Source: Octopus sinensis (Eukaryota). From it: a DNA stretch of 64,000 bases. The stretch covers positions 16,368,001 to 16,432,000 of the forward strand of contig NC_043005.1 of assembly GCF_006345805.1 (NCBI RefSeq), given 5' to 3'. The notes beneath the pieces are model-generated. The model was given only the letters and a program-made list of their open reading frames with translations, searched no databases and was not told the DNA's origin. Each line of letters starts with the position of its first letter. The first letter of the stretch is position 1. This document shows, in pieces, positions 37,025 to 49,891 of the stretch. A program made the position numbers and the translations under genes.

Positions 37025-37793
37025 CTGACAAATTTTACTGCAATATACAGATAGTTTATCTGGTTTATGCTGTTGTATTAGCATTATCATGGACTTGAGA
37101 ATAAATTATTTCCTTATCTGTATCTTTAAATATATCTCAACACTTCTGAAGTAAACTTTGTTTGTTTACATCTTAAGTTGAATTTATAAATGATAAAAGT
37201 CATAAACTAACAAGATGACTGTGTGGTTATGAAGCTTGCTTTGCATCTTGTGGTTCTGGGTTCAGCCCCACTGTGTGGCGCCTTGGGCCCTCTATTATTG
37301 TGTCTTCTATTATAGCCCTGGGCTATAGCTTTCTATAATAGCTCTGGGCTAACCAAAGCCTTCAGAGTGAAATGGTACCATTCACCCTCTCTAATCCTGG
37401 GTCCACTTCACTATATAAATCTCCCTATAATTTGGGTATATAGTCCTTGGCCACTCCTCATCAGATCTTCCCTGTTTTCTCTCTCTCCTCCCTTTCCATC
37501 TAAGGTAGCCATATTTCTCTTCTAACACAAGACACTCGTTTCTGTCCCTCAATACCAATCCCTCCCAGTTGACAAGGAATAATATTGAAGGACAGAAAAG
37601 GTTACGTGAAGACCTCACTGGTGCTGGTGCCATGTAAAAAGCACTGAATACACTCTGTAAAATGGCTGGCATTAGCGAAGGCATCCAGCTGCAGAAACCA
37701 TACCAAAGCAGAGAGCAGGGCTCAGTGCAGTTGTCTGACTTGCAAGTCCTGTCAAACCTTTCAACCCATGCCAGCATGGAAAACAGTCTTTAA

Positions 37794-37828
<35 letters not shown>

Positions 37829-38369
37829 AGCTTATTGTGTGAGTGTGTGTATGCATGTATGTGTTTGTGTGTATATACACACACACACACACACACATAT
37901 CCTATTATAAATTTGAGTGATGATTCTCTGTCCATTATGTTTTTATGTTCATCAAATCCTCCTAGGCCGTTGGTGCAAGGACAACAAAGCTCAAACCAGC
38001 AACTCCCCTAATCCCGAGGAATGTCCAAAGGGGGTTTATTTTTTTTAAGGGCCACCTAATTGAGGCCCCACTGAACCCTGCCCTATTTTTACTGCATTTT
38101 AAACTAAATACCTGATTTGGCGACCAAATCGGAGCAATGACAATGAATCTCATACCATGAACTCCCAGGGAGTATCGTAAAGAGGTTCAATTTCTGAAGG
38201 GCCACTTAAATGGAGCCCCACTGACCCCCACCTATTTATACTCATTTACCTTGTTCCTACGCTTATTGATTAAACTATGATCAGCATCAGTGCTTAGCAC
38301 ATTTGCAGAAATAAGTTTCACCATTCTAAATACCTGCACATACATTCAAATCAAGATAAAGTGTTATAA

Positions 38370-38648
38370 CTGTGTGAAAAGTCTGGCTGCATCCGAATAA
38401 AATATATATTATGAAACAAAAATATGCACAAAATTTATTACACGAATCTGTTACCACCAATTCAACTATTTGTCAACTATTTGACGCCGAACAAGAGTTT
38501 GATGTTGAATACAACCACGAATTTTCCGCTCAGATGGCTCTTCCCAAGACTGCAAGACGGCTTCGTGCAATTCATGCTTCGTTGTAAGGTTTTTCAGTTC
38601 AACTTTATCGGCCAAAACTTTGAAAATGCAGCCAGACTTTTCACACAG
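38370..38648 (-). mobile_element. Internally deleted Tc1-like element (MITE) with perfect 23 bp terminal inverted repeats
   Basis: CTGTGTGAAAAGTCTGGCTGCAT (38370-38392) / ATGCAGCCAGACTTTTCACACAG (38626-38648). The interior minus strand reads KVELKNLTTKHELHEAVLQSWEE...GGNRFV*, like a Tc1 transposase C-terminus. Confidence 0.75.
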
Positions 38649-38877
38649 GGGATACATTTCAGGTGTGATAGTGTGGATATTTATATTTTGTAGTTTATGA
38701 AACGTATGTCTGGTATATGATAGACACAGGCATGTACTTGTGTCTTTGTGTTAATCCCCCACTGCTTGACAACCGGTGTTGGTTTGTTAATGTCCCCCAT
38801 AGTTTAGTAGTTCAACAAAAGAAACTGATTGAATAAGTACCAGACTTTAAAGAAGGGGGAGGAGGTGATTTATTCAA

Positions 38878-39275
38878 CTCTTTTACTCTTTTACTTGTTT
38901 CAGTCATTTGACTGCAGCCATGCTGGAGCACCGCCTTTAGTCGAGCAACTCGACCCCGGGACTTATTCTTTGTAAGCCCAGTACTTATTCTATCAGTCTC
39001 TTTTGCCGAACCGCTAGGTGACGGGGATGTAAACACACCAGTATCGGTTGTCAAGCAATGCTAGGGGGACAAGCACAGACACACAAACACATACACGCAC
39101 ATATATATATACATATATACGACGGGCTTCTTTCAGTTTCCGTCTACCAAATTCACTCACAAGGCATTGGTCGACCCGAGGCTATAGCAGAAGACACTTG
39201 CCCAAGATGCCATGCAGTGGGACTGAACCCAGAACCATGTGGTTGGTTAGCAAGCTACTTACCACACAGCCACTC
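38878..39275 (-). mobile_element. tRNA-derived SINE family A, full-length
   Basis: Reverse-complement homolog of 27000-27418. Confidence 0.92.
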
Positions 39276-39851
39276 ACCATTCGAGGCAATGCCCCAACAT
39301 GGCCACAGTCTTATGACTGAAACAAGCATGAAATAAACAATAAACAACAACAACAGCAACAACAGCAACAACACAGAATTCAAATATTTCAAGTAAAAAA
39401 GGAAAGAACGAGGAAATGAGACTTATGACACGGGACAGTTGATTGAATTTGAGACAAAATAAAAACTAAAAAAAACACGCACAGAAACTATATTCGTCTG
39501 TCACCTGACTCTTTAAACTGTTTAATATGTTGGATACAGAACAAGTGTCGTGTGTGGGTTGGGTCATGTGATTTCCCCCCTCCCCGTCTCTCTCTCTCCA
39601 TCTCCAATCCAGCCATATTGGTTTAGTTTTCTGGTTGGTTGGTTGGTTGGCTAGCTGGTTAGTTGGTTTATAGTATTGTTGTTGTTGTTGCTATTTTTGT
39701 TGTTGTGGTGATATTGCTTTGTTTTTGAAGTCATTTTTATTACTATTGTTGTTGTGCTGGTGTTTTTATAGTGTTCTTGTTGTTGTTGTTTTAGTTGTTG
39801 TTGTTGTGGTGGTGGTGGCGGTGGTGGTGGCGGTGGTGGTGGTGGTGGTGG

Positions 39852-39887
<36 letters not shown>

Positions 39888-40622
39888 AGTGATATTCTTG
39901 TCATGATGGAGTTGTTAATGTGGTGGTGCTAGAGGTGCTAGCAGAGAAGATGCTGTAGTTTTGTTGCCGTAATATTTTTGTTGTTGTCAATGTATACAAT
40001 TAAGGATAGTAATTCATGAATTAATTTCGAAGTTTTTTGGGGTTTTTTTCGAATAAAACACATTAGACATTATAAAGCACCAAAAGAGAAACAGGGCAAC
40101 TAGCAGGAATTGAACCATGCATCACCTCTCTGGCAAGTGGGATGGATCCTGTTAGGGTCCCATTTGCTCTTTTCTTTCTCAAATTAGTAGTCAAGTAAAT
40201 TGTATATAAAAGCAGCAGGTGAAAATTTACTATGCTAGAGGGACCCCTCAATCCACTAGGTCATACAGAACAAGGATGAAGAATAACATCCCCTGAAGAT
40301 AATGTCTTCATTCAATCAATCGAAAGTAAGGGTATTCAGTGGATCTGGGCCCCTTTTTTTATCAAGCTACATATAAACCAAAAAAATGGTTTAAATTCAG
40401 GATAGAAAACTAACAATACATGGAAACCCATATGTGGGAGTATGAGCTGCTGGAAATAATAGGTAAATTGTCCTCATATCACACCCTCCAATCTTCCATA
40501 AAGAAAAAGGATAAACAAAACAATTTACTTCCCTGATATAGAAAAATGTTCCTTGATTATAGATCAGCTGGGTTAGGGGTGATCTGAGGCTAAACAATAA
40601 CAAACAACATAGTCGTTAGTTA

Positions 40623-40775
40623 TATTGGGTCATCTGGAAAGTTCGTGCCGATTTATAGTGGCTTACCTTTTGACATATTTTAGAACATGGGTGAGTCCAT
40701 AAAATAGGATTTGACTACAACTCCATTTAGAGCACAGTTTAAGCTATCTTTTCATGGAAGAAAGTTTATGCTCGA
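40623..40775. mobile_element. Mariner-like terminal fragment
   Basis: TA-TTGGGTCATCTGGAAAGTTCGTGCCGATTT resembles a mariner TIR. No partner TIR was seen. Confidence 0.5.
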
Positions 40776-40945
40776 CTAAAGACGGTGCTACAGCATGGTC
40801 ACAGTCAAATGATTGAAACAAGTATAAAAGAGAGAAAAAGAGAGACACGTCTAGCATTACGATAAGTTCCACTTCACTAGCTCTCAACATGGCAACATAT
40901 CAACATCAAGCAAAAATAAAAAAAAAGTTCCAAAATACATGTTTT

Positions 40946-41247
40946 TGTTTGTTCCTTCTCGAGCCACGTCTGGCTCATAAGGGCCGGTCTCCCGGTTTCC
41001 TTGGCGTATAGGTTCCCCACCTGGACAGGACGCCAGTCCGTCACAGGTGAGCTGCAAGATGCAGGAGGAAAGAGTGCGAGAAAGTTGTGGCAAAAGAGTC
41101 AGCAGAAGTTCGCCATTACCATCTGCCGGAGCCACATGGAGCTTAGGTGTTTCGCTCATAAACACACACATCGCTTGGTCTGAGATTCGAACCCACAATC
41201 CCTCAAGCGCAAGTCTGCTGCTCTAATCATTAGGCCATGTTCCTCCA
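40946..41247 (-). mobile_element. SINE family D
   Basis: Colinear with 13525-13830. Confidence 0.88.
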
Positions 41248-42008
41248 CCAAAATACATGAATATAATAAAATTTTAATTATAAATTTTTTAAAAACTTGA
41301 CAGCTGTAATTTATAATTTAAAAAAACAAAAAAAAAAACCAATAATGTTTTAGTGTTTTTAAATTTAAAACCGTAACAATTATGTTGTTTACAATTAATT
41401 AAAACTGTATAGGTATTTACAACAAAGTTTTAGGTTTAGTATTATTAATTAATCTGTGAATTATTGTTTACTTGATGATATGTATGTGTAAGTCTTGGGT
41501 GAATGGTTAAGAAGTTTGTTTCATAATCATGATATTTCAGGTTCAATCCCACTGAAAGACATAATGTGTGTCTTTTATGGTACTTTGGTTCAACTTATGT
41601 CTTAGGAATGAAACAGCATATGCAGAAACTGAGTGGAAGCTCATTGGATAGACTATACCTGTAATTCAAAGTGTCGGCCTTGTCACATACTGTTTCACAT
41701 TGGCTATGCCTAAGAATTATATTTATAGCACAGTGTCAGTGGAATACTCAACCACTTACCGTATAATACAAGCAGTATGTAGTTCAGCTGCTTAAACAAC
41801 TTGGACACTTACTGTTGAAACCTACAGAGGATTACAGCTTCAATTGCATACTTTGAATTTTAATCAGCTGGGCAGCTATTTGCAATATCAGTGAATGTCT
41901 TATTCCCTATTTTCTATATATCAGAGGAAACAATTTCAACTAGGCATGTGACTGGTTGTGAATACATGCCATTGATAACACACATACACACACACGCGCA
42001 CGCATGCA

Positions 42009-42040
<32 letters not shown>

Positions 42041-43268
42041 TACAAGAGGCTTTGCTCATCTACCAAAATCCACTCACACAAGACTTCACACTTAGATATT
42101 TTACATTATATAAGACTGTTGTAACATTGAAGACTGGGTTTTGGGACATGCTTGCATCATATTCTTGTTGAAGAAATTCTGTTACTTCCTATTTTTTTCT
42201 ATCCGTTCTTTCATTGAACATAATTACATGGGGTTACATAAGGAATTGACGCAATTTCTGATAGACTAAACCTAGTGATATTGTAAGTGAGAGATGTCAA
42301 ATCTCTGTACCAATCAAGTTCAAATAAGTGAAATGGCATTCAAAATATTTCTTAAAATCTTTAGCATTCTATTTAGTAATCCCTGATATCAAATTATTTA
42401 GTCCATAAACAACAGTTAATTACATATGCAGTTACATAAATTTAGCAATCATTGAAGCAACAGACAACTTTTCACCCATATTAAACAATTATTTCAACCA
42501 TAAATAGCTGACTGTATACATTTAGTATTCACATAAGCAATAAACATGCTATCAATTTCAGTTAGCATTCAGTTACCATTTCCAGTTAACATTCACAAAA
42601 GCCATTAACAGGTCATTTACTTAGCATTTCCTGAATCAAATACCAGTTTTTTTTTTTTGTGGGGGGGAGCTTTTTTGCCATGGGCTCTCAAATGTCTATC
42701 TCAAACGATTTTGCTTTGATACTTTTTGTGACTACACTCCTGGAGTGGTTGGCATTAGGAAGGGCCTCCAGTTGTAGAAACTCTGCCAGATCAAGATTGG
42801 AGCCTGGTGCAGCCATCTGGTTCACCAGACCTCAGTCAAATCGTCCAACCCATGCTAGCATGGAAAGCGGACGTTAAACAATGATGATGACGATGATGAT
42901 GATGAGTTTTTGTGACAAATGGAGCACATAATTGTTTTCAAGATTTATACCAATGGCTATTCTACCTTTGTACATTTTCCCAAAATGGATTTACAATTGG
43001 GCAGTAAATGACCACATCTTTTGGCATAAAAACAACAGCAGTTCATTGAGGTTGCTGCAGATATATGCATATTGTATTGGTCTCCTGATGTGTGACCATT
43101 CACACACACATACATATCTTTTACTTTTTATATTACATATTCTACTCAATGGACTGTGACCATGCTGCAGCTCCACTTTGATGGTTTTATAATTCTATAT
43201 TTAAGAGATGAGGAATTATTTACATTATTTACATTTGACGGATATTTGTCCTCATCTTGTTTGTTGTT

Positions 43269-43314
43269 AACACAACATTTAAGCTGATATACCCTCCAGC
43301 CTTCATCAGGTGTC
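43269..43314 (-). ncRNA. Minimal type I hammerhead ribozyme motif, decayed (GAAAC mutated to TAAAT)
   Basis: Minus strand GACAC-CTGATGA-A-GGCTG-GAGGGTATAT-CAGCT-TAAA-TG-T-T-GTGTT. Confidence 0.6.
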
Positions 43315-43624
43315 TTGGGGAAATTTTCGAACCTGGGTTCTCATTTCTAAGGTATTTTCCAAAGTTGTTGTCATTATTATAATTATTATTATTATTATTA
43401 TTACTGTTCAGGTCACTGCCTGGAATCAAACTCGGAATCTTGGGGTTAGTGCACGTGCTCTTAACCACTCCGCCATTTGCTCATGGGTGTAGTGGTTAAG
43501 AGCACGGTCTACTAACCACAAGATTCCGACTTTGATTCCAAGCAGTGACCTGAACAATAATAATAATAATAATAACATAGAAAAATACCTTAGGAATGAG
43601 AACCCAGGTTCGAAAATTCCCCAA

Positions 43625-43670
43625 GACACCTGAAAAAGGCTGGAGGGTATATCAGTCGAAACGCTGTGTT
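43625..43670 (+). ncRNA. Minimal type I hammerhead ribozyme motif, decayed (CTGATGA mutated to CTGAAAA)
   Basis: GACAC-CTGAAAA-A-GGCTG-GAGGGTATAT-CAGTC-GAAA-CG-C-T-GTGTT. Confidence 0.6.
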
Positions 43671-44149
43671 AACAGCAAACAAGAAGAGGACAAATATCCA
43701 TCAATTGTAAATAATGTAAATAATGTTGATGGTTTTAGTTGAATAGATTGACACCAGAACTCATTTTTAAACCTGGTACTAACTCCATCAGTCTCTTTTG
43801 CCAGACCACAAAGTCACAAAGACATAAACAAACCAATACTAGCTGTGAAGCAGTGAAGAGAGGACAAACACAGACACAAAGACACACACACACACACATA
43901 AATATGGCATAAACAGTTTCCAGCTACAAAAGATATTCAGAAGGCATGGATCAGCCCGGGGCTATAGTAGAAGACATTTGCCCAAAGTGCCACATGCTGG
44001 GACTGAACCTAAAACCATATGGTTGCAAAGCAAGCTTCTTAATCACACAGCCATGCCTGTGCCTCTGTGTGTGTGTGTGCGCGCGCATGCATGCGTGTAT
44101 GTGTGTGTGTGTGTGTATGTGTGTGCGCACGCGTGTCCATGTATATATA

Positions 44150-44521
44150 GGTACAGGAGTGGATGTTTGGTAAGTAGCTTGCTTACCAGTCACATAGTTC
44201 TGGGTTCAGTCTCACAGCGTGGCACCTTGGGCAAGTGTTTTCTACTATAGTCTTGGGCCAACCAAAGCCTTGTGAGCGGATTTGGTAGACGGAAACTGAA
44301 AGAAGCCCGTCGTATGTGTGTGCGTGTGATTGTCCCCCCACCATCACTTGACAATCGATGTTGATGTGTTTACATCCCCATAACTTAGCAGTTCAGCAAA
44401 ACAGACCAATAAAATAAGTACTAGGCTTACAAAGAATAAGCCCTGGGGTCAATTTGTTTGACTAAAGCGGTGCTCCAGCACGGCCGCAGTCAAATGACTG
44501 AAACAGATAAAAGAATAAAAG
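44150..44521 (+). mobile_element. tRNA-derived SINE family A
   Basis: Colinear with the other family A copies. A minus-strand partial copy lies head-to-head at ~43920-44060. Confidence 0.88.
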
Positions 44522-44796
44522 TATATATGTACATACAAGCAGACATAGATAATGTTGAATGCAATAAATAGAATAAACACACATTCCCCTGCTATGCTAA
44601 GGACTGATACACAACTAAGTTGTAGATGTTATTTCAGGCTTTAAATTCAAGCATTTACCATTATTATTCAGCTGCTAACCAAATGTTTTAGCTTAAGAAC
44701 ATCCCTCTAACCATTTCTAGAGAGTTTTTTCCAAAAGAAAGCAACCCCCAAAGGGAAAAGATACCAATTTTGTTGATATCTTTTGACATCAAGAAA

Positions 44797-45190
44797 TCTA
44801 TATATATAAAAGTGAAGTTGTGTGTCTGTCTCCTACGATTTAGATTCCTAACTACTCCCACATTTTGCGGTGCAGTTTAACCAAAACTGGGTATCTTATA
44901 GTCGTGATTCATATCGAGCCCTTCTGGGTATTAGCGCGCGTCTACGATGAGTCTACGATTTTAAAAAAAATTACCATCATTTTTTCCCATTATTAATGCA
45001 TTTTTTTGCTATTATTTAAGGGAAGTAACTCGCATCTACGATGAGTCTACGATTTAAAAAAAAATTTACCATAATTTTTCCGCATCTTTAATGCATTTTT
45101 GCTCGGTTTATATAAGGGAAGTAACTCTCTATAAATGCTTATATAGTTATTTCCCTTACAAACCCGAGCAATGCCGGGCGATACTGCTAG
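44797..45190 (+). mobile_element. Non-autonomous Helitron
   Basis: Inserted between A and T. 5' end TCTATATATATAAAA, 3' subterminal hairpin CCCGAGCAATGCCGGG, terminal CTAG, and an internal ~95 bp direct duplication starting TCTACGATGAGTCTACGATT. Confidence 0.9.
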
Positions 45191-45315
45191 TGTTATATAA
45201 AGACATCTGACCGTTTCTGTTCGTTTCTTGGGAGCTAAACAATCTTATTAAAGTTATGAGACCAAAACTTTGGAATCTTTGACTGACGAACTGACAAGTG
45301 TTCTTGCAAATACAA

Positions 45316-45356
<41 letters not shown>

Positions 45357-45405
45357 TTGATGCTGGTGACAATAGTAGTAGTGTTGTTGTTGTTGTTGTT
45401 GTTGG

Positions 45406-45440
<35 letters not shown>

Positions 45441-45515
45441 TAGTAGTAGTTGTAGTAGTGTTGATGCTGGTGACAATAGTAGTAGTGGTAGGGTTGTTGT
45501 TGTTGTTGTTGTTGG

Positions 45516-45550
<35 letters not shown>

Positions 45551-45804
45551 TCAGCAGCAGTAGGTCAGCACTACTTGATCAGTCCTATACTGAACGGCAT
45601 TTAATGTGCATTTTTCTCCATTCTTGCATGGGTCAGACGGAATTTGTTGAGGTCAATTTTCTTCAGCTGGGATGTCCTTCCTGTCATCAACCCTCACCTG
45701 TTTCCAAGTAAGATAATATTTCCCCAAAGCCAGATAGGGGTTTTCACAGAAGAATCAAAATGAATAATATCACTTGGTAAAATGGTGACACTTGTTTACA
45801 CATA

Positions 45805-46210
45805 GGCACAGGAGTAGCTGTGTGGTAAGTAGCTTGCTTACCAACCACATGATTCCGGGTTCAGTCCCACTGCGTGGCATCTTGAGTAAATGTCTTCTAC
45901 TATAGCCTCAGGCTGACCAAAGCCTTGTGAGTGGATTTGGTAGACGAAAACTGAAAGTAGCCCATTGTATATATGTATATATATATGTGTGTGTGTGTGT
46001 GTATGTTTGTGTGTCTGTATTTGTCCCCCTAGCATTGCTTGACAACCGATGCTGGTGTGTCCTCGTCACTTAGCAGTTTAGCAAAAGAGAACAACAGAAT
46101 AAGTACTGGGTTTACTGAGAATAAGTCCCAGGGTTGATTTGCCCGACTAAAGGCAGTGCTCCAGTATGGCCACAGTCAAATGACTGAAACAAGTATAAGA
46201 GTAAAAGAGT
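45805..46210 (+). mobile_element. tRNA-derived SINE family A, full-length
   Basis: GGCACAGGAGTAGCTGTGTGGTAAG... ending in a TAAAAGAG tail. Confidence 0.9.
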
Positions 46211-46810
46211 AACCATTACATAACATCAAGACAAGGAGTGGGTTTGTGTGTTTGTGTGTGTGTGTGTGTGTGTGTATGTGTACAATGGGCTTCTCTCAGT
46301 TTCTGTCTACCAAATCCACTCACATGGTTTTGGTTGGGTTGAGGCTACAGTAAAAGACATTTTCCCTATGAGCCATGCAGCAGGATTGAACCCATAAGTA
46401 GATGGTCGGGAAGCAAGCTTCATAAGCACAGAACTACGACTGCACCTATTAAATAATATTCAATTTAACCCACTCAATCACTCCCTCAAAAATTTGTAAC
46501 CTTGTTTAATGGAATGTACAACAATGGCAGACTTAATCTGTAGACTGGTTTAACACCACCACCTGGTTCTTGGGACACTTTTAGCAGAGTTCACTCTGTT
46601 GGAAGAATTCTAGTCAAATCTCTAGTTTGCTGACAACTTTCTCCCATCCTTGCACCAAGATGCCCTTTCACCTCCAAGTCAAGGAAAACGTAATAATAAA
46701 AAGCACAACTGCTGTGAGAATAAAGTGCTGAACTAGTAACAACAGGGTCGATATTTCAAACTATATTACTGGAAACATTTGACATGTCTAAAAGTCTTAG
46801 AACAGATGTT

Positions 46811-47224
46811 CTCTTTTACTCTTTTACTCTCTTACTTGTTTCAGTCATTTGGCTGTGGCCATGCTGGAGCACCACTTTTAATCGAGCAACTCGACCCCGG
46901 AACTTATTCTATTGTAAGCCCAGTACTTATTTTATCGGTCTCTTTTGCCGAACCGCTAAGTAACGGGGACATAAACACACCAGCATCGGTTGTCAAGCAA
47001 AGCTAGGGGGACAAATACAGACACACAAACACACACACACGCATATATATATACATATATACGACGGGCTTCTTTCAGTTTCCGTCTACCAAATCCACTC
47101 ACAAGGCTTTGGTCGGCCCGAGGCTATAGTAGAAGACACTTGCCGAAGGTGCCATGCAGTGGGGCTGAACCCGGAACCATGTGGTTGGTAAACAAGCTAC
47201 TTACCACACAGCCACTCCTGCACC
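46811..47224 (-). mobile_element. tRNA-derived SINE family A, full-length
   Basis: Reverse-complement homolog, convergent with 45805-46210. Confidence 0.92.
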
Positions 47225-49625
47225 TGTTGTTAATATTATTATAATTTTAATCTTTCTGGATATGGAATGAATGCCTTAATCTTTTGGATGCGATCTTATG
47301 AGGCACCAGACATTGTTGAGTCCAGCATTTCTCAAAAGTCTGTGATAGTTTCAGTCACATGTCGTTTATGAGGGATGACGATATTGCGATGTAATGTGGA
47401 AGAGGCTTTGTTTTGAGTATCACATGTAGCATCTGTGATTTTAATAATAGTAACATTAGAATGAATTGTTTAGCTATTGTACATTACTTTTTTAACGACC
47501 AAATGTATGCGTGTGCACACATACACACGCACACACACACCACACACACAGACACACTCACACACATGTGTTTTGCAGACATCATTCATCAGATGGTGTT
47601 TTCATAAAGCTTTATTAAAATGCCATATGTCAAACGCTTGGTTGGTATGAAACCAAGTCCAGCTGCACAGACCTTCAAATTTCATTAAAAAAATAAGTAA
47701 ATCTATACTTTGTTGATAATACTAGATTACAAATGTATATACATATGTATACGTATATGTATACAACAGAAGCTAAAGTTTCAAGATGATATCATTTCAA
47801 AAAGGATGGATGAATGTTTGGGTGTATGTAAGTATGCTTGTGTTTGTGATGGTTGATTAAATGAACAAAGAGTATTCAATGCGTTAATTGAGTGAAATAT
47901 AAAATAATGCAACCCTTTATAGATGTAGTGTTAATTAATTAGGCAACATTAGAACGTTAAAAAAAACAAAAGACACCTCCAGTAGTGGATGACTGAATGG
48001 AAATAGTGTAAGAAGTGCAACTCATAGCATTCAGATATCTTTAATGTTTGTAGGATTTTAAAAAATATATGGATGATATAAACTTGGAGGTTAGCTCAGA
48101 GGTGGAGAAGAAAAGAAAGTATAAAAGAAACAAAAGGAAAAAATTTTTAAATATAAAAATAGGGAGCAGATAAACAGATGAAAGAAAAGAGGGAGACAAC
48201 GGGCAGTGGAGAAAATAAAAATGAGAAAACATTAGGATTAATTTAATGAATTCAAGAAAGCAGTAGAGGTGAAATGATTTTGGAATATCAGCCAGTAAAG
48301 TATATGCACACAGTCATATGTATATACACATGGACATGAAACATGCATAAACTTAATACATCTACTGCATATGGAGTGCTCAAGGATAGAGGAGAGGATG
48401 ACACTTGGTTGTGTTTAAAGGAAAAAGTTATAAGGTGAAGAACAGGTGCAAATTAAGTGTAGAACTGTTTAGTCTTGTGATAATAAATTCCAGTTTTCCA
48501 GATACTTCTTGATGTGGCAACACTTTGATAAAATTTCAGACTTTGCACTTATATAGTTAGTAAAATTATTTAGGAATGAATCTCTTCTCAGCTGTACATA
48601 AATCACATCTTTTATGCCTGTTTTTATTAGGTCATCTTCACTCAATCTTTCACCTGATGTTGAAGTCAGAAATATGTTCTTTCAAATACCAGATGTACTT
48701 GGACAATCTTGCAGCAACTTTTTTATAAGTCCAAAGATATAAATCACATGCATGCATAGATGTTGCAATTGGTTGGGCTACTGGCAGCCTTAATATTGAA
48801 CAGGAGAAGCAGTTACAACAACAATAACACAAGCAACATATCAATGACAACACACAAAATAACAACAACAACAACTACAACATATACCAATATGAAGCAC
48901 CAACTCCAAATATTTCAATTTACAAATGTATTGTTAATGATTTGTACCTGATGAAAATATAGTTAATTAGTTAAACTATTCTGAACTAAACAAGCCAAAA
49001 CCAGAGGACCCAAAATTTCTGGGCCTGAAGCACTAAAGTAACAAAAAAAAAAGGTTGTTAGCTTTGGCAGTAGATTAACTGATGTAAAAACTGTAGACCT
49101 TCCTGTTGTTATCTTTTATTATGAGGAGGCTGGCTTGAAGAAATAATGGAGAAGGAAAAAACAATCGTAAAAAAAATATACCTTACTTACCCTAGGATCT
49201 AATTTGTCAGTCTGTAAATCATAACGGAAAGCAATATTTAATTGTCATGCACAAGTGAATGTTAGTAGCATACTATATGAATGTCATGGTTTATAGATGG
49301 GCATAGCCAGCCAGCCATTACATGCAAGTTTAGAGAGGGAGGCACACACATGTTTGTGTGTGTGTAGACAGAGAGAGTGAAAGTGAGAATAATACAAAGA
49401 GAAGGAGAGACAGATTGGAGGAGAAAGAGAAGAATGGAGAAAAGAGGGGAGAGAAAGTCAAGAGGAGGAGGAGGAGTAGGAGGCAGAGGGGGAGTGAGGA
49501 AAACAACCTAGCACTAACTGAATTTACATTATAGTAGTTTAGAAAGATAGAATTAAACATATGTGTGTGTGCATTTGCATATATATATATTTGTGCATAT
49601 GTGTGTGTATATGTATATATATATA

Positions 49626-49835
49626 TTTCTTTAATGCCCACAAGGGGCTAAACACAGAGAGGACAAACAAGGACAGGCAAACGGATTAAGTCGATTACAT
49701 CGACCCCAGTGCGTAACTGGTACTTAATTTATCGACCCCCAAAAGGATGAAAGGCAAAGTCGACCTCAGCAGAATTTGAACTCAGAACGTAACAGCAGAC
49801 GAAAGCATTTCGCCCAACGCGCTAACATTTCTGCT
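49626..49835 (-). mobile_element. SINE family B
   Basis: Colinear with 10956-11194. Confidence 0.88.

Positions 49836-49891
<56 letters not shown>

Larger units (their letters stand above)
43195..43723. mobile_element. Head-to-head inverted pair of a tRNA-headed, hammerhead-bearing short retroposon
   Basis: 43216-43475 is the approximate reverse complement of 43486-43723. Each arm is a tRNA-like head (AGTGGTTAAGAGCAC...GAGTTTGATTCCAGGCAGTGACC), then (AAT)n, then a Penelope-like tail with an HHR motif. Confidence 0.85.

Noticed and set aside
39780-39890. (GTT)n(GGT)n(GCT)n tract as a polyQ/polyA/polyP coding exon
   Set aside because: No flanking non-repetitive open frame or splice sites; a simple compound microsatellite.
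48654-48788. Candidate 135 nt minus-strand exon (TTAAG|G...CAG|GTGAAA)
   Set aside because: It is open only in phase 2/2, whereas the flanking host exons join in phase 0, where it has a stop. The peptide is unrecognisable. It could only be a poison or non-coding exon and needs RNA-seq.
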